A stretch of 64,000 nucleotides of DNA from Acidobacteriota bacterium. GTDB lineage: Bacteria; Acidobacteriota; Polarisedimenticolia; Polarisedimenticolales; Polarisedimenticolaceae. Shown in pieces: positions 1 to 10,778 of the stretch; the first letter of the stretch is position 1; every line of letters begins with the position of its first letter. The stretch spans positions 60,938 to 124,937 of the forward strand of contig JAOTYK010000007.1 of the NCBI GenBank assembly GCA_029861955.1. Direction: 5' to 3'. Position numbers and translations under genes: made by a program. The notes below the pieces were generated by a model. It was not told where the DNA came from. It searched no databases and was given only the letters and a program-made list of their open reading frames with translations.

Positions 1-452
1 GGGAACTCTCGTCCGGTCGATCGGAAATCGAATTTCAGGTCCGAGGCGCCAACCGGGGCCTCGACCTGTCGTCCACTGGTGACGAGCCAACTCCGCAGCG
101 GGTTGTAGATCAATTCCGAATCCCCGCGATTCTCGATACGGAGGAGGAACGAGAGATACTCGGGTTGGCCTTCCGGCGCGGCGAACGGGTCGGTGGGGTG
201 TCCCGTTACGCGCTCGAAGTAGGCCAGACGCATTTCGGTGGTGAGTGGCGTCAATTGGATGGAATGTGTGGCGGTCTCCGCGAACCAGGTCTCACCACGG
301 AGGTTCGATTCTTCGGCCTCAACCGGTGCGGGTTCGAACGGCGAGAGCGACCCCGCCATCGACGGCATGACGAAGCTGATCAGACTCCACAAGACGAGTG
401 CTGTCAGAGGAAAAGTGGGCCACTTCTTGGCTACGTCCAGGTGTCGTTCCAT
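1..452 (-). CDS. hypothetical secreted/membrane protein, N-terminal part only (gene runs off the left edge)
   Basis: Hand translation of the minus strand from ATG at 452-450 gives MERHLDVAKKWPTFPLTALVLWSLISFVMPSMAG..., with a hydrophobic signal-like segment. It stays open for 150 codons to the window edge. It is missing from the ORF track because no stop lies in the window. No family recognised. Confidence 0.45.
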   Translation of the reverse strand, partial: MERHLDVAKKWPTFPLTALVLWSLISFVMPSMAGSLSPFEPAPVEAEESNLRGETWFAETATHSIQLTPLTTEMRLAYFERVTGHPTDPFAAPEGQPEYLSFLLRIENRGDSELIYNPLRSWLVTSGRQVEAPVGASDLKFDFRSTGREF

Positions 453-507
453 CCCGTCAGGATAGCACGTGCTATTCCGCTCGAAGTCGCTACAATGCGG
501 AGTTCTC

Positions 508-3318
508 ATGGCCGTTTCCGACATCGTCATCCACGGCGCTTCAGAGCACAATCTCAAACGGATTGACCTGACGCTACCGCGGAACAAGTTGATCGTCATT
601 ACCGGCGTCTCCGGTTCCGGGAAGTCGTCCCTCGCCTTCGACACGATCTACGCCGAGGGTCAACGACGGTACGTCGAGTCGCTGTCGGCCTATGCGAGAC
701 AGTTCCTCGAGCAGATGGAGAAACCGGATGTGGAGTCCATCGAAGGACTCTCCCCCGCCATCTCGATCGAGCAGAAGACCACCCACCGCAACCCCCGGTC
801 CACCGTCGGCACGGTTACCGAGATCTACGACTACCTTCGACTGCTGTTCGCACGGGTCGGGCGGCCTCACTGCCATGAGTGTGGCAAGCCGATCGAAGCT
901 CAGTCCGTGCAGCAGGTCGTCGACGCCATCCTCGAGTTCAAGACCGGCACGCGAATACAGATCCTTGCGCCGATTGTCCGCGGCCGAAAGGGTCAGTATC
1001 GAAAAGAACTGGCGGACGCCGCCCGCACAGGATTTGTCCGGGCCAGGATCGACGGCGAGATCCACGACCTCGCCGACGACATCAAGCTGGACAAGAAGCT
1101 GAAGCACACGATCGAGATCGTCGTGGATCGACTTGTGGTCGGACCGGATCTGAAGAGTCGCCTGACCGACTCGGTCGAGACGGCGCTGACCGCCGCCGAC
1201 GGGATGGTGATGGTCGCCGTGCAGGGTGGGAAGGACCATCTGTTCAGCCGTCATCTGGCCTGTCAGGACTGCGGGATCTCGGTACCCGAGCTTGCGCCAC
1301 GGATGTTCTCATTCAACTCGCCCTATGGCGCCTGCCCGGAATGTGACGGGATTGGATCGAAGAAGAGTTTCAGCCCGCACCTCCTGATCATCGATGAGAT
1401 GAAGTCGCTGCGGGAAGGCGCGCTCGCCTGGGGCGACGCCAACCGCTGGCAACTACTCGAGACAAGTCTGTTTCCGGCCTACAAGGTCTCCCCCGATACC
1501 CCGTACAAGAAGCTGCCTGCCCGTTTCAAGAAGATCCTCTGGGAGGGAGCCGGCGATCGCGAGTTTCGCTTCCTCTGGAAGGGCAAACGCACGACTTACG
1601 AATTCACCAAGAGTTGGGAAGGCATCATCGCCAGTCTCGAGCGGCGTCATCGCGAGACTGAATCGGAACGACGACGCGCCCAACTCGAACGTCGGATGGC
1701 TATTCGTCCCTGCCCGGACTGCGACGGCGCCCGCCTGAGACCCGAGAGCCTCGCGGTGACGGTCGGTGGCCGCAACGCCGCGGAACACGTGGCGATGTCG
1801 GTGGCGGAGGCGGATCAGTTCTACGCAAGCCTCAAGCTGACGAAGCGAGAGCAGGCGATCGCCAAGGTCGTCCTGAAGGAGATCTCGGAACGACTGGGGT
1901 TCCTCAACAACGTCGGCCTCAGCTATCTGTCTCTGGATAGAAGCGCCGGCACGCTCTCCGGCGGTGAGAGTCAACGGATCCGCCTCGCCACCCAGATCGG
2001 CTCCAGGCTTACCGGTGTCCTGTACATCCTGGATGAACCTTCGATCGGGCTACATCAGCGAGACAACCAACGACTACTCGATACGTTGACCTCGATGCGT
2101 GACCTGGATAACACGGTCATCGTCGTGGAACACGACGAGGAGACGATCCGGGCCGCCGATGTCGTCGTCGATCTCGGACCCGGCGCCGGGGAACTCGGCG
2201 GGGAGATCGTCGCCATGGGTACACCGAAACAGATTATCCGCAACAAGAAGTCGTTGACGGGTGCCTATCTCTCGGGCCGCGAGGCGATCGAACTTCCAAC
2301 CGAGCGTCGGAAAGCGGACAAACGCGTTCTGCGGATCATCGGCGCATCCGAGAACAACCTCGACAACATCGATGTCGATTTTCCGATCGGTGTGATGACG
2401 TGTGTCACCGGCGTTTCCGGTTCCGGCAAGAGCACGCTCGTCAATCAGATCCTTCATCGTCAACTCGCGCACGAGCTTCACGGCGCAGAGGACGAACCGG
2501 GCGCCCACCGGAAGATCGACGGCGTCGAACATCTGGACAAGGTGATCGACATCGATCAGTCGCCGATCGGCCGAACGCCCCGTTCGAATCCGGCCACGTA
2601 CGTCGGCGTGTTCACCGCGATTCGCGAGCTGTTCTCGCAGGTTCCCGAAGCACGGATGCGTGGCTACAAACCCGGCCGTTTCTCGTTCAACGTACGAGGC
2701 GGACGATGCGAATCCTGCGAGGGCGGCGGCGTCCTGCAGATTGAGATGCATTTTCTGCCCGATGTCTACGTGACCTGCGATGTCTGTGCGGGGCGACGGT
2801 ACAACCGCGAGACACTGGAGATTCAGTACAAGGGCCGATCGATCGCAGAGGTCCTCGACATGTCGGTCCGCGAGGGCCTTCAGTTCTTCGACGCCGTGCC
2901 GCAGATCCGGCACAAGATGCAGACGCTGTTTGACGTGGGGCTCGGCTACATCCGGTTGGGGCAGGCAGCGACGACGCTGTCCGGCGGCGAAGCACAACGC
3001 ATCAAGCTCTCCCGGGAGCTTTCAAAGCGTGCCACGGGACGCACTCTGTACCTGCTGGACGAGCCTACAACCGGTCTACACTTCGAGGACATCAAGAAGC
3101 TGCTCGGCGTCCTCAAGCGACTGATCGACAGCGGAAATACGATCATCGTCATCGAACACAACCTCGATGTGATCAAGACCGCAGATTGGGTGATCGATCT
3201 TGGCCCGGAAGGTGGGGAGAAGGGCGGAAAGATCCTCGCGACGGGGTCACCGGAAAAGATCGCTCGCTCGCGCCGCTCTCACACCGGAGCGTTCCTCAAG
3301 AGAATACTGACCGGCTAG
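508..3318 (+). CDS. uvrA: excinuclease ABC subunit A
   Basis: [56 protein letters not shown] matches the UvrA N-terminus. Two ABC ATPase modules (GVSGSGKS twice, LSGGE twice) and zinc-finger Cys clusters are present. The track ORF starts at 469, but ATG 508 fits the family N-terminus. Confidence 0.97.
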   Translation: MAVSDIVIHGASEHNLKRIDLTLPRNKLIVITGVSGSGKSSLAFDTIYAEGQRRYVESLSAYARQFLEQMEKPDVESIEGLSPAISIEQKTTHRNPRSTVGTVTEIYDYLRLLFARVGRPHCHECGKPIEAQSVQQVVDAILEFKTGTRIQILAPIVRGRKGQYRKELADAARTGFVRARIDGEIHDLADDIKLDKKLKHTIEIVVDRLVVGPDLKSRLTDSVETALTAADGMVMVAVQGGKDHLFSRHLACQDCGISVPELAPRMFSFNSPYGACPECDGIGSKKSFSPHLLIIDEMKSLREGALAWGDANRWQLLETSLFPAYKVSPDTPYKKLPARFKKILWEGAGDREFRFLWKGKRTTYEFTKSWEGIIASLERRHRETESERRRAQLERRMAIRPCPDCDGARLRPESLAVTVGGRNAAEHVAMSVAEADQFYASLKLTKREQAIAKVVLKEISERLGFLNNVGLSYLSLDRSAGTLSGGESQRIRLATQIGSRLTGVLYILDEPSIGLHQRDNQRLLDTLTSMRDLDNTVIVVEHDEETIRAADVVVDLGPGAGELGGEIVAMGTPKQIIRNKKSLTGAYLSGREAIELPTERRKADKRVLRIIGASENNLDNIDVDFPIGVMTCVTGVSGSGKSTLVNQILHRQLAHELHGAEDEPGAHRKIDGVEHLDKVIDIDQSPIGRTPRSNPATYVGVFTAIRELFSQVPEARMRGYKPGRFSFNVRGGRCESCEGGGVLQIEMHFLPDVYVTCDVCAGRRYNRETLEIQYKGRSIAEVLDMSVREGLQFFDAVPQIRHKMQTLFDVGLGYIRLGQAATTLSGGEAQRIKLSRELSKRATGRTLYLLDEPTTGLHFEDIKKLLGVLKRLIDSGNTIIVIEHNLDVIKTADWVIDLGPEGGEKGGKILATGSPEKIARSRRSHTGAFLKRILTG

Positions 3319-3719
3319 TTCACGCGAACGCCGGCCGCCTCGTCTTCCTTGACGTGCTTGATGTGATTGCCGGCACCGATCAACACGACGGTCGGACGAT
3401 AATCGGACAGATCGTCGGCGGCGACTTCCGCGTACGACGCGATGATGAGCTTGTCGCCAAGTTCCACGAGACGAGCGGCCGCGCCGTTTACACAGCACTC
3501 ACCGTTCCCGGGCTCGCCTTCGATCAGATAGGTCGAGAATCGATTCCCGTTATCGACGTCGTACACATCGATCTTTTCGTACGGCACCATGTCCGCCGCG
3601 TCCATCAGCATGCGATCCAGGGTAAGACTACCCTCGTACTCGACGTCGCAACCGGTCACGGCGATGCGATGCACCTTCGAGCGCAACATCGTTCGATTCA
3701 TTCGACTCTTACCGTTCAT
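3315..3719 (-). CDS. panD: aspartate 1-decarboxylase
   Basis: [29 protein letters not shown] carries the pyruvoyl-forming G-S site and VNGAAA, and the length is typical. The true start may be the ATG at 3701. Confidence 0.93.
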   Translation of the reverse strand: MNGKSRMNRTMLRSKVHRIAVTGCDVEYEGSLTLDRMLMDAADMVPYEKIDVYDVDNGNRFSTYLIEGEPGNGECCVNGAAARLVELGDKLIIASYAEVAADDLSDYRPTVVLIGAGNHIKHVKEDEAAGVRVN

Positions 3720-3788
3720 CGGGATTCCTCCCCCACGTCCCCCCGCAACTGATATGCGAGGCCGTAGGCTGTAGGTATTCTAGACATG

Positions 3789-4673
3789 TCAAGATCTCGC
3801 GGCTACTGGGCGCTGCTGAACCGACGATGGATCACGCAGCTCCGCGTTATCCAGGAGTCGAATTCCACCGACCTCCGCGGCCAATACCAACCGAGTAGCG
3901 GCTCCGAGTCGATCCACCGTCTCGAACGTCGCCTCATCGATGATCTCCACGTAGTCGGGGGCGACACCCTCCTCCCCCTCGAGGACCTCGCGGGCCGCCG
4001 ACTTCAGTTCCTCGACGTCGTTCTGCCCTTCCTCGAGCACATAACGGGCCGCCTCCAGGGCACGCGACAACGCCTGAGCCCGGGTGCGGTCTTCCGACGA
4101 GAGGTGGCGATTGCGACTCGAGAGAGCGACACCGTCGTCGTCGCGCACGATCGGCACGGCGAGAATCTCGACGCCCAGAAGCAGGTCCTGGACCATCCGC
4201 CGAACGACCGCCAGCTGCTGGGCGTCCTTCTCACCGAAGGCAGCAACGTGCGGACGCACGATCTCGATCAGCTTCAGAACGACCGTTGCGACTCCTCGGA
4301 AATGACCGGGGCGACTGGCACCCTCAAGCACCTCGCCGACGCGTCCCGGATCGACGCGGGTCACATCGCCCGGTGGGTAGATCTCGGCCGCCTCGGGATG
4401 GAATAGATAGTCGACATCTTCCTGGATGCAGAGATCGGCATCCCGCGTCAGGTCACGCGGGTAGCTCTCCAGGTCCGACTCGGATCCGAACTGAGCGGGA
4501 TTGACGAAGATCGAAACCACCGAGACATCGGCGGTCTCCCGCGCTGCCCGCACGAGGTGCAGGTGCCCGTCGTGCAAGGAACCCATCGTCGGAACCAGGC
4601 CGACACGAAGCCCCCGCGATCGGGCACGGGCGCTCAACTCTCGCATGGAGTGCTCGCTTCGAATGAGCTCCAT
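3789..4673 (-). CDS. panC: pantoate--beta-alanine ligase
   Basis: VGLVPTMGSLHDGHLHLV (HIGH-type motif) and the length fit PanC. It directly abuts the panB stop. Confidence 0.95.
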   Translation of the reverse strand: MELIRSEHSMRELSARARSRGLRVGLVPTMGSLHDGHLHLVRAARETADVSVVSIFVNPAQFGSESDLESYPRDLTRDADLCIQEDVDYLFHPEAAEIYPPGDVTRVDPGRVGEVLEGASRPGHFRGVATVVLKLIEIVRPHVAAFGEKDAQQLAVVRRMVQDLLLGVEILAVPIVRDDDGVALSSRNRHLSSEDRTRAQALSRALEAARYVLEEGQNDVEELKSAAREVLEGEEGVAPDYVEIIDEATFETVDRLGAATRLVLAAEVGGIRLLDNAELRDPSSVQQRPVAARS

Positions 4674-5486
4674 TTATTCGTACGTCTCATCGGTTGCCGG
4701 GAAGCTGCGCTCCCGTACGTCGTCCGACCAACGCTTGATCGCCTTGACATGGCGATCGAACGACTCGTCATAGCGGCGAACAAATTTGGGCGACGGTCCG
4801 GGCAGCATTCCAAGTAGGTCGTGGTAGACGAGCACCTGTCCGTCGCAGGCGGGGCTGGCGCCGATCCCGATGGTCGGCACACTAACGTCGCCGGTGATTT
4901 GCTTGGCGAGCTTCGGAGGCACTCCCTCCAGCACCATCGAAAAGACACCCGCCTCGACAATCGCTTCCGCGTCCTCGCGAATTCGTTCGGCCTCCGCCGC
5001 CGCGCGCCCCTGCACCTTGTAACCACCCATCTGCAAGACCGACTGAGGCGTCAGCCCCAGGTGACCCATCACGGGTATCTCGGCGTCCACGATGGCGCGA
5101 ATCGCGTCCACCCGCTTCCGACCACCCTCGACCTTGACCGCATCCGCTCCGGACACACGAACGAGCTGCGCGGCGTTCCGCACCGATTCGCGTGGATCGA
5201 TGTGATAGCTGAGCCATGGCATATCGACGACGAGCAGTGCGCTCTTTCGCGCCCGACCGACACTGCGCGCGTGAAGTGCCATCTCGTCCATCGTCACCGG
5301 CAGCGTACTCTCGTGCCCGAGGAGTACATTCCCCAGCGAATCGCCCACAAGAATCGCGTCGACTCCGGCGGCCTCCGCAGCCAGGGTGGTGGGAACGTCG
5401 TACGCCGTGAGCATGACCAACGGCGGCCCCTCACCTTTTCGCTGCTGGAACCTGGGGACCGTCATTTTGCGGCTATTTCCGGTCAC
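4674..5486 (-). CDS. panB: 3-methyl-2-oxobutanoate hydroxymethyltransferase
   Basis: LVMLTAYD..ILVGDSLG..VKVEGG..GHLGLTPQS is the typical PanB motif series. It is first in a panB-panC-panD operon. Confidence 0.95.
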   Translation of the reverse strand: MTGNSRKMTVPRFQQRKGEGPPLVMLTAYDVPTTLAAEAAGVDAILVGDSLGNVLLGHESTLPVTMDEMALHARSVGRARKSALLVVDMPWLSYHIDPRESVRNAAQLVRVSGADAVKVEGGRKRVDAIRAIVDAEIPVMGHLGLTPQSVLQMGGYKVQGRAAAEAERIREDAEAIVEAGVFSMVLEGVPPKLAKQITGDVSVPTIGIGASPACDGQVLVYHDLLGMLPGPSPKFVRRYDESFDRHVKAIKRWSDDVRERSFPATDETYE

Positions 5487-5558
5487 TGTGGCCTCCTTTT
5501 TCTCCCCGCCCTCTCGGGTCGAAGGAACGTTCAGCCGATGCGGGTTTCATCCTCGGAC

Positions 5559-6197
5559 TCAGACGGACGAACCTAGTGGTCGATAGTACTGCACGCCGCG
5601 CTCCATCTTCTTGATCTGCTCGACCAGTTCATCAAGGTGCTCCTTCTGATGAACGAAGTCGATCGCGCTGGTATCGATGACGAGCAATGGGGTATCCGTG
5701 TAATGAAAGAAGAAGTAGTTGTAGGCCTTGCTGACCTCGTTCACGTAAGTCTCCGAAATCTCGGACTCGTACTTTCTGTGACGTCGCCGAATTCTCGAGG
5801 TCAACGTCGGGGTCTCGGCCTGAAGGAAGATGACGAGATCGGGCTTCGGCACTTGCTGTTCGAGCATAGCGTAGAGCTTATCGTAGATCAGCAGCTCGCT
5901 GTCATCCAGGTTTAGGTAGGCGAAAATCTTGTCCTTCGGAAAGATGTAATCGCAAAGCGTTACCTGACTGAATAGATCCCGTTGTGCCAACTCCTGCAAC
6001 TGCCGATGACGCGACAGAAGGAAGAAGAGCTGCGCCTGGAACGCCGCCCCCGCCTTATCTTCGTAGAACTCTTGCAGAAACGGATTCTCGAGATCCTCGA
6101 GCACCTTGTGTGCATCGAACTTACGCGCCAACAGGTCGACGAACGAGGTCTTGCCGACCCCGATAGGACCTTCGACGGCGATGGATCTGAATTTCAC
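5559..6197 (-). CDS. deoxynucleoside kinase family protein
   Basis: P-loop IAVEGPIGVGKTSFVDLL followed by ENPFLQEFYED and a 212-aa length fit the dCK/dGK-type dNK family. Confidence 0.8.
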   Translation of the reverse strand: MKFRSIAVEGPIGVGKTSFVDLLARKFDAHKVLEDLENPFLQEFYEDKAGAAFQAQLFFLLSRHRQLQELAQRDLFSQVTLCDYIFPKDKIFAYLNLDDSELLIYDKLYAMLEQQVPKPDLVIFLQAETPTLTSRIRRRHRKYESEISETYVNEVSKAYNYFFFHYTDTPLLVIDTSAIDFVHQKEHLDELVEQIKKMERGVQYYRPLGSSV

Positions 6198-6224
6198 AAT
6201 CGGGCTCCCGTACCCAGGCGACGA

Positions 6225-6737
6225 TTATAGGGGGGCTCCGACAGCCGAGGCAAGAGAACCGATGCACCGCACCTTCGCCGGATCTGAGAGCTCCGCGAGC
6301 GCGGTGCGTGGGTTCCTCCCGGTCCACGGGTCGACCCAGTCCGCGGCGATCTCCGCCAGAGGCGCGAGCACGAACGAGCGTTCCCACATTCTTGGGTGCG
6401 GTAGGTGCAACCGCGGTAGCTCGAGGCGAACATCGCCCAGGACGAGGAGATCGAGGTCCAGGGTCCGTGGTCGAAGGTCGCCATCTCGCGTCCTGCCGTT
6501 GCGAGCCTCGATCTCCAACAGTCGTTCCAGGACGGATTCGGCGCTGAGTTCGGTCTGGACTCGGACCACCATGTTCCAGAACCAACCTCCCACTCCCGCT
6601 CCAACCGGCTCCGTCTCCCAGACCGACGATGAACACACCGGTTCGATGCCGGCGGTGGCCAGATCTTGAATCGCCGCCTCCAGGTAGGCACGCCGATCGC
6701 CCAGGTTGCTGCCCAGGCCTACAAATCCTTCCGTCAT
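6225..6737 (-). CDS. folK: 2-amino-4-hydroxy-6-hydroxymethyldihydropteridine diphosphokinase (HPPK)
   Basis: VGLGSNLGDR..ETEPVG..RTLDLDLL..LHLPHPRMWERSFVLAPL are canonical HPPK motifs. Confidence 0.9.
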   Translation of the reverse strand: MTEGFVGLGSNLGDRRAYLEAAIQDLATAGIEPVCSSSVWETEPVGAGVGGWFWNMVVRVQTELSAESVLERLLEIEARNGRTRDGDLRPRTLDLDLLVLGDVRLELPRLHLPHPRMWERSFVLAPLAEIAADWVDPWTGRNPRTALAELSDPAKVRCIGSLASAVGAPL

Positions 6738-6839
6738 CGAGTCTCCAGGGGGTCTAGTTGAAAGCGGATGGGACGGGCCGCTATCATGCCATGCCGCCGA
6801 GAGGTCGGCTCCCTACACCAGCCGGAGGAATCGAGAGTC

Positions 6840-7358
6840 ATGCCATCGAACACCGAAAACGACAAGATTTACCAGAAAGCGATTGCCGAGTTCACGGCCG
6901 CCCTGGATCAGCTCCAGAAGGGTGACATCACCACTGCCCACGCAAACTTCATACGGATTATTGCGGAGAATCCTCTGGAAACGGTTCTCATCGACCGATG
7001 CCGCACCTACATCTCCGTTTGCGAACGTCGTCAGGCTCCCGAGCCGGCTGCACCCAACAGCAATGAAGACCTGTACAAAAGCGCGGTCCTCATGATGAAC
7101 GCGGGCGACGCCGACAAGGCCATCCCGTTACTGGATCGAGCGTTGCAGACCGAGCCCGGATCGGCCCGTCTTCTCTTTGCTCGGTCGTCCGCCTGGGCGC
7201 TTCAGGCTCGTGCGGATGCCGCAATTGCGGATCTCCGACAGGCGATCGCCATCGATCCGACAATCCGCTTCCAGGCGACCAACGATCCCGACTTTGAGCG
7301 AATCCGCGAGGAGCCCTCGTTCATCGACATCATCGAGCCCACGCCTACTGGAGTCTGA
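6840..7358 (+). CDS. TPR-repeat protein
   Basis: Helical repeats with TPR-like A/L/P spacing (GDADKAIPLLDRALQTEPGSARLLFARSSAWALQARADAAIADLRQAIAIDP). ATG 6840 is preceded by GGAGGA; the track ORF starts at 6768. Confidence 0.7.
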   Translation: MPSNTENDKIYQKAIAEFTAALDQLQKGDITTAHANFIRIIAENPLETVLIDRCRTYISVCERRQAPEPAAPNSNEDLYKSAVLMMNAGDADKAIPLLDRALQTEPGSARLLFARSSAWALQARADAAIADLRQAIAIDPTIRFQATNDPDFERIREEPSFIDIIEPTPTGV

Positions 7359-7359
7359 C

Positions 7360-8781
7360 GTGGCTGCAGGTCGACCGACGCTCACGGTGCTCGTGCTGGC
7401 CGCGGGTAAGGGCACCCGCTTACGCTCACGCACCATCAAACTGCTTCATCCGGTTGCGGGTCAACCGATGGTCTCTCACGTGCTGGACGCCGCCTCCGGT
7501 CTGCGACCGGGTCGGACGGTGACGGTTGTCGGCTACCAGGCGGATCAGGTCAAACACGCGCTATCCGGACACGACACTCGTTTTGCCATGCAACGAGAGC
7601 AGCTCGGAACCGGCCACGCGGTTTTGCAGGCAAAGAAGGAACTCCGCCAGACGGGCACGCTTCTGGTCGTCAACGGCGACCTGCCGACCCTTCGCACGGC
7701 ATCGCTCCGAAGGTTCCTGGACAAACACCGTCGCAGTCGCGCAGCGCTTAGCGTCCTCTCCGCGGAGATCCCCGATGCCGCGGGCTACGGACGAATCGTG
7801 CGCAACGAGAACGACGTCTTTCAGCGAATCGTCGAGCACAAGGATGCGAGTCGGGCGGAGCGGAAGATCCGCGAGATCAATGTGGGGATCTATGCGGCGA
7901 ACCCCGCCAAACTCCTGCGAACCCTCGCACGAGTTCGCCCCCACAACAAGCAGGGCGAGTACTACATCACCGACGCCGTGCACGCGTTGCTTTCGGCCGG
8001 CGAACGCGTCATCGCGGTGCGTCACGACGATGCGGCGGAGGTTCTCGGCGTCAACACGCGGGCTGAACTGGCCGAGTCCGGACAGACTCTCTACAAGCGA
8101 AAGGCGCAGGAGCTACAGTCACGAGGCATAACGTTCCTGGACGCGTCGACCACGTTCGTCGATCCCCGGGCCAACGTGGGCCCCGATACCGTTCTCTATC
8201 CGAACGTTATGGTTGAGGGCGCCTGCCGGATCGGCCGAGACGTCGTCATTCGACCGGGTTGCCGCATCGTGGACTCCACGATCGGTGACAGCGTGGAGAT
8301 CCGTGATCATTGTGTCGTGCAACAGTGTCGCATCGACCGCGGGGCGCAAGTCGGTCCCTTCGCCCATCTGCGACCGGACAGTCACCTGGGTGCAGACTCT
8401 CGCGTCGGTAACTTCGTTGAACTCAAGAAGACCCACCTTGGCAAGGGAAGCAAGGCGAGCCATCTGGCCTACCTCGGAGATGCTGAGATAGGGCCGGGGT
8501 GCAACATCGGAGCCGGGACGATCTTCTGCAACTACGATGGAGTGCGCAAACATCGGACGGAGCTCGGCCGGGGCGTCTTCATCGGAAGCGACAGCCAGTT
8601 GGTGGCGCCCCTGAGTATCGGACACGGGGCCTACGTCGGCGCGGGCAGCACGATTACCGAGGATGTCCCGATCGATGCGCTGGCCGTCTCACGTGGGAAG
8701 CAACGCAACATCCCGAACTGGGCCAAGAAGCGGCGCGCGAAAGCCGCCGCCCGAAAAAAGAAGACTTCCCGCAGGGGCTGA
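7360..8781 (+). CDS. glmU: bifunctional GlcNAc-1-P uridyltransferase / GlcN-1-P acetyltransferase
   Basis: LVLAAGKGTRL nucleotidyltransferase motif, then C-terminal left-handed beta-helix hexapeptide repeats. GTG 7360 lies 1 nt after the upstream stop. The track extension to 7177 overlaps the TPR gene. Confidence 0.93.
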   Translation: MAAGRPTLTVLVLAAGKGTRLRSRTIKLLHPVAGQPMVSHVLDAASGLRPGRTVTVVGYQADQVKHALSGHDTRFAMQREQLGTGHAVLQAKKELRQTGTLLVVNGDLPTLRTASLRRFLDKHRRSRAALSVLSAEIPDAAGYGRIVRNENDVFQRIVEHKDASRAERKIREINVGIYAANPAKLLRTLARVRPHNKQGEYYITDAVHALLSAGERVIAVRHDDAAEVLGVNTRAELAESGQTLYKRKAQELQSRGITFLDASTTFVDPRANVGPDTVLYPNVMVEGACRIGRDVVIRPGCRIVDSTIGDSVEIRDHCVVQQCRIDRGAQVGPFAHLRPDSHLGADSRVGNFVELKKTHLGKGSKASHLAYLGDAEIGPGCNIGAGTIFCNYDGVRKHRTELGRGVFIGSDSQLVAPLSIGHGAYVGAGSTITEDVPIDALAVSRGKQRNIPNWAKKRRAKAAARKKKTSRRG

Positions 8782-8879
8782 GGGCCGCTCTCGTCTTTGT
8801 AAGGCTACCGACCTATATTGATGGTCCGTGAGGGGCTCGCGCCCCAGACCACGTCCGCAGAATCGGAAAGGGATCCTCC

Positions 8880-10724
8880 ATGTGTGGCATCGTCGGATAC
8901 ATCGGCCCGCAAGACCCGGTCGAGGTGCTGATCGAGGGACTGCGTCGATTGGAGTATCGCGGGTACGACTCTGCCGGCATCGCCGTGATCGACTCCGAGG
9001 GCGGCCTCGAGCTCCGTCGGGCCCCCGGTAAGCTGCGGGATCTGGAGACAGTTCTCCAGCAAGCGCCTATCCGCGGCAAGTACGGTATCGGTCACACCCG
9101 CTGGGCGACCCACGGCCGCCCCACCGAAGAGAACGCCCATCCCCACCGCGACTGCAGTGAGCGGTTGGTCGTCATTCACAACGGCATCATCGAGAACTAC
9201 GTCGATCTCAAGCACGAACTTGAAGACCAGGGGCACACCTTCGTCACCCAGACTGACACGGAGGTCGTGGCCCACGCACTCGAGCAGGCGATCAAGGACG
9301 GCGCATCCGGGCTGGTTGAGGCGCTCCGTCTCGTACTCCCGCGCCTGGAGGGGATCTACGCACTGGTCGCGGTCTCCGCTGACGAGCCCGACCTGATGGT
9401 CGCGGCGCGACAGGGTCCGCCACTGGTCGTCGGCCTCGGTGAGGGCGAGACCTTCATTGCATCCGATATTCCCGCCATCCTCTCCCACACCAAGGACGTG
9501 GTCTTCATGGACGACGGCGAGATCGTGGTCGTGGATGCAGACGGTCCCTCCTTCATCGATCTGGCTGGCAACGCCATCGAGAAGGAGGCGATCCGCGTCC
9601 CCTGGGATCCGATCATGGCGGAGAAAGACGGCTACAAGCACTTCATGCTGAAGGAGATCCACGAGCAGGCACGGGCCGTGAGAGACACGCTCCTGGGTCG
9701 GGTTTCGCTGGAGTCCTCCAGCGTTCTGCTGGAAGACGAGATCGGCCTCAGCGATGACCAACTGCGCGACGTGAAGCGGATGGCGATCGTTGCCTGCGGA
9801 ACGTCGTGGCATGCGGGGCAGGTCGGAAAATTCCTCATCGAACGACTCGCCGGCGTTCCGGTGGAGGTCGACTACGCGTCGGAGTTCCGTTACCGCCAAC
9901 CGCTGATCGACGCGTCGGTGCTACCGATCTTCATCTCTCAATCGGGCGAGACGGCCGACACGCTGGCCGCCCTCCGTGAGGCGAAGTCCAAGGGTGCCGA
10001 GACGGTGGGGATCTGCAACGTCCAGGGTTCGATGCTGACCCGTGAAGCCACGGGCACGGTCTACACTCATGCGGGCCCGGAGATCGGTGTCGCCTCGACG
10101 AAGGCGTTCACAAGCCAGCTTGTCGCCATCACGCTACTTGCGCTCCATATCGGACGAGTCCGCGGGAAGATCGAAGACGCGGAGATGAAGCAGATCGTCG
10201 AGCAGCTCTATCACGTCCCCGCACAGATGGAACGCTATCTCGCCGACGACGGACCGATCCAGGAACTCGCCCGCCGGTTCCAGCACCACAACGACTTCCT
10301 CTACCTCGGGCGCGGGGTGAACTATCCCATCGCACTCGAGGGTGCGCTGAAACTGAAAGAGATTTCGTACATCCACGCCGAGGGCTACCCCGCCGGCGAG
10401 ATGAAGCATGGCCCGATTGCGCTGATCGACGAGGAGCTACCGGTCGTCGCGTTGGCGCCGAGAGACTCCGTCTACGAGAAGATGCTCTCCAACATAGAAG
10501 AAGTGAAAGCACGCTCCGGAATCGTGATCGCCGTGACCGATCAGGAAGACGCCGCACTTCGCGACAAGGCCGATGCCGTCATCGTCATGCCGCGAACCCA
10601 CGAACTTCTGTCGCCGCTCCTGATGGTTCTTCCGTTGCAGTTACTCGCTTACCACATCGCGCTGCTTCGCGGTTGCGATGTCGATCAACCGCGTAACCTG
10701 GCGAAGTCCGTCACCGTCGAATAA
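8880..10724 (+). CDS. glmS: glutamine--fructose-6-phosphate aminotransferase
   Basis: N-terminal MCGIVGYIG (Ntn Cys), two SIS domains and the C-terminal ...NLAKSVTVE. Full length, 614 aa. Confidence 0.97.
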   Translation: MCGIVGYIGPQDPVEVLIEGLRRLEYRGYDSAGIAVIDSEGGLELRRAPGKLRDLETVLQQAPIRGKYGIGHTRWATHGRPTEENAHPHRDCSERLVVIHNGIIENYVDLKHELEDQGHTFVTQTDTEVVAHALEQAIKDGASGLVEALRLVLPRLEGIYALVAVSADEPDLMVAARQGPPLVVGLGEGETFIASDIPAILSHTKDVVFMDDGEIVVVDADGPSFIDLAGNAIEKEAIRVPWDPIMAEKDGYKHFMLKEIHEQARAVRDTLLGRVSLESSSVLLEDEIGLSDDQLRDVKRMAIVACGTSWHAGQVGKFLIERLAGVPVEVDYASEFRYRQPLIDASVLPIFISQSGETADTLAALREAKSKGAETVGICNVQGSMLTREATGTVYTHAGPEIGVASTKAFTSQLVAITLLALHIGRVRGKIEDAEMKQIVEQLYHVPAQMERYLADDGPIQELARRFQHHNDFLYLGRGVNYPIALEGALKLKEISYIHAEGYPAGEMKHGPIALIDEELPVVALAPRDSVYEKMLSNIEEVKARSGIVIAVTDQEDAALRDKADAVIVMPRTHELLSPLLMVLPLQLLAYHIALLRGCDVDQPRNLAKSVTVE

Positions 10725-10778
10725 CGGCCGACGACCACCGTCCTCTGCTGGTAGAATGCGTCTCCTCTCAGCGGAGGC

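Noticed and set aside
165-566. Plus-strand ORFs 165-566 and 238-465 at the left edge.
   Set aside because: They overlap the more plausible minus-strand edge gene (signal-peptide protein starting at 452) and the uvrA start. They are Arg/Gly-rich with no motif.
8782-8879. Possible glmS ribozyme upstream of glmS.
   Set aside because: The spacer is only 98 nt, and I cannot find the conserved ribozyme core or pseudoknot segments. It looks like a plain leader with an RBS.
8805-9899. A 364-aa minus-strand ORF.
   Set aside because: It is antisense to glmS (a clear MCGIVGY... protein). No motif, and an Arg/Asp/Val-rich shadow composition.
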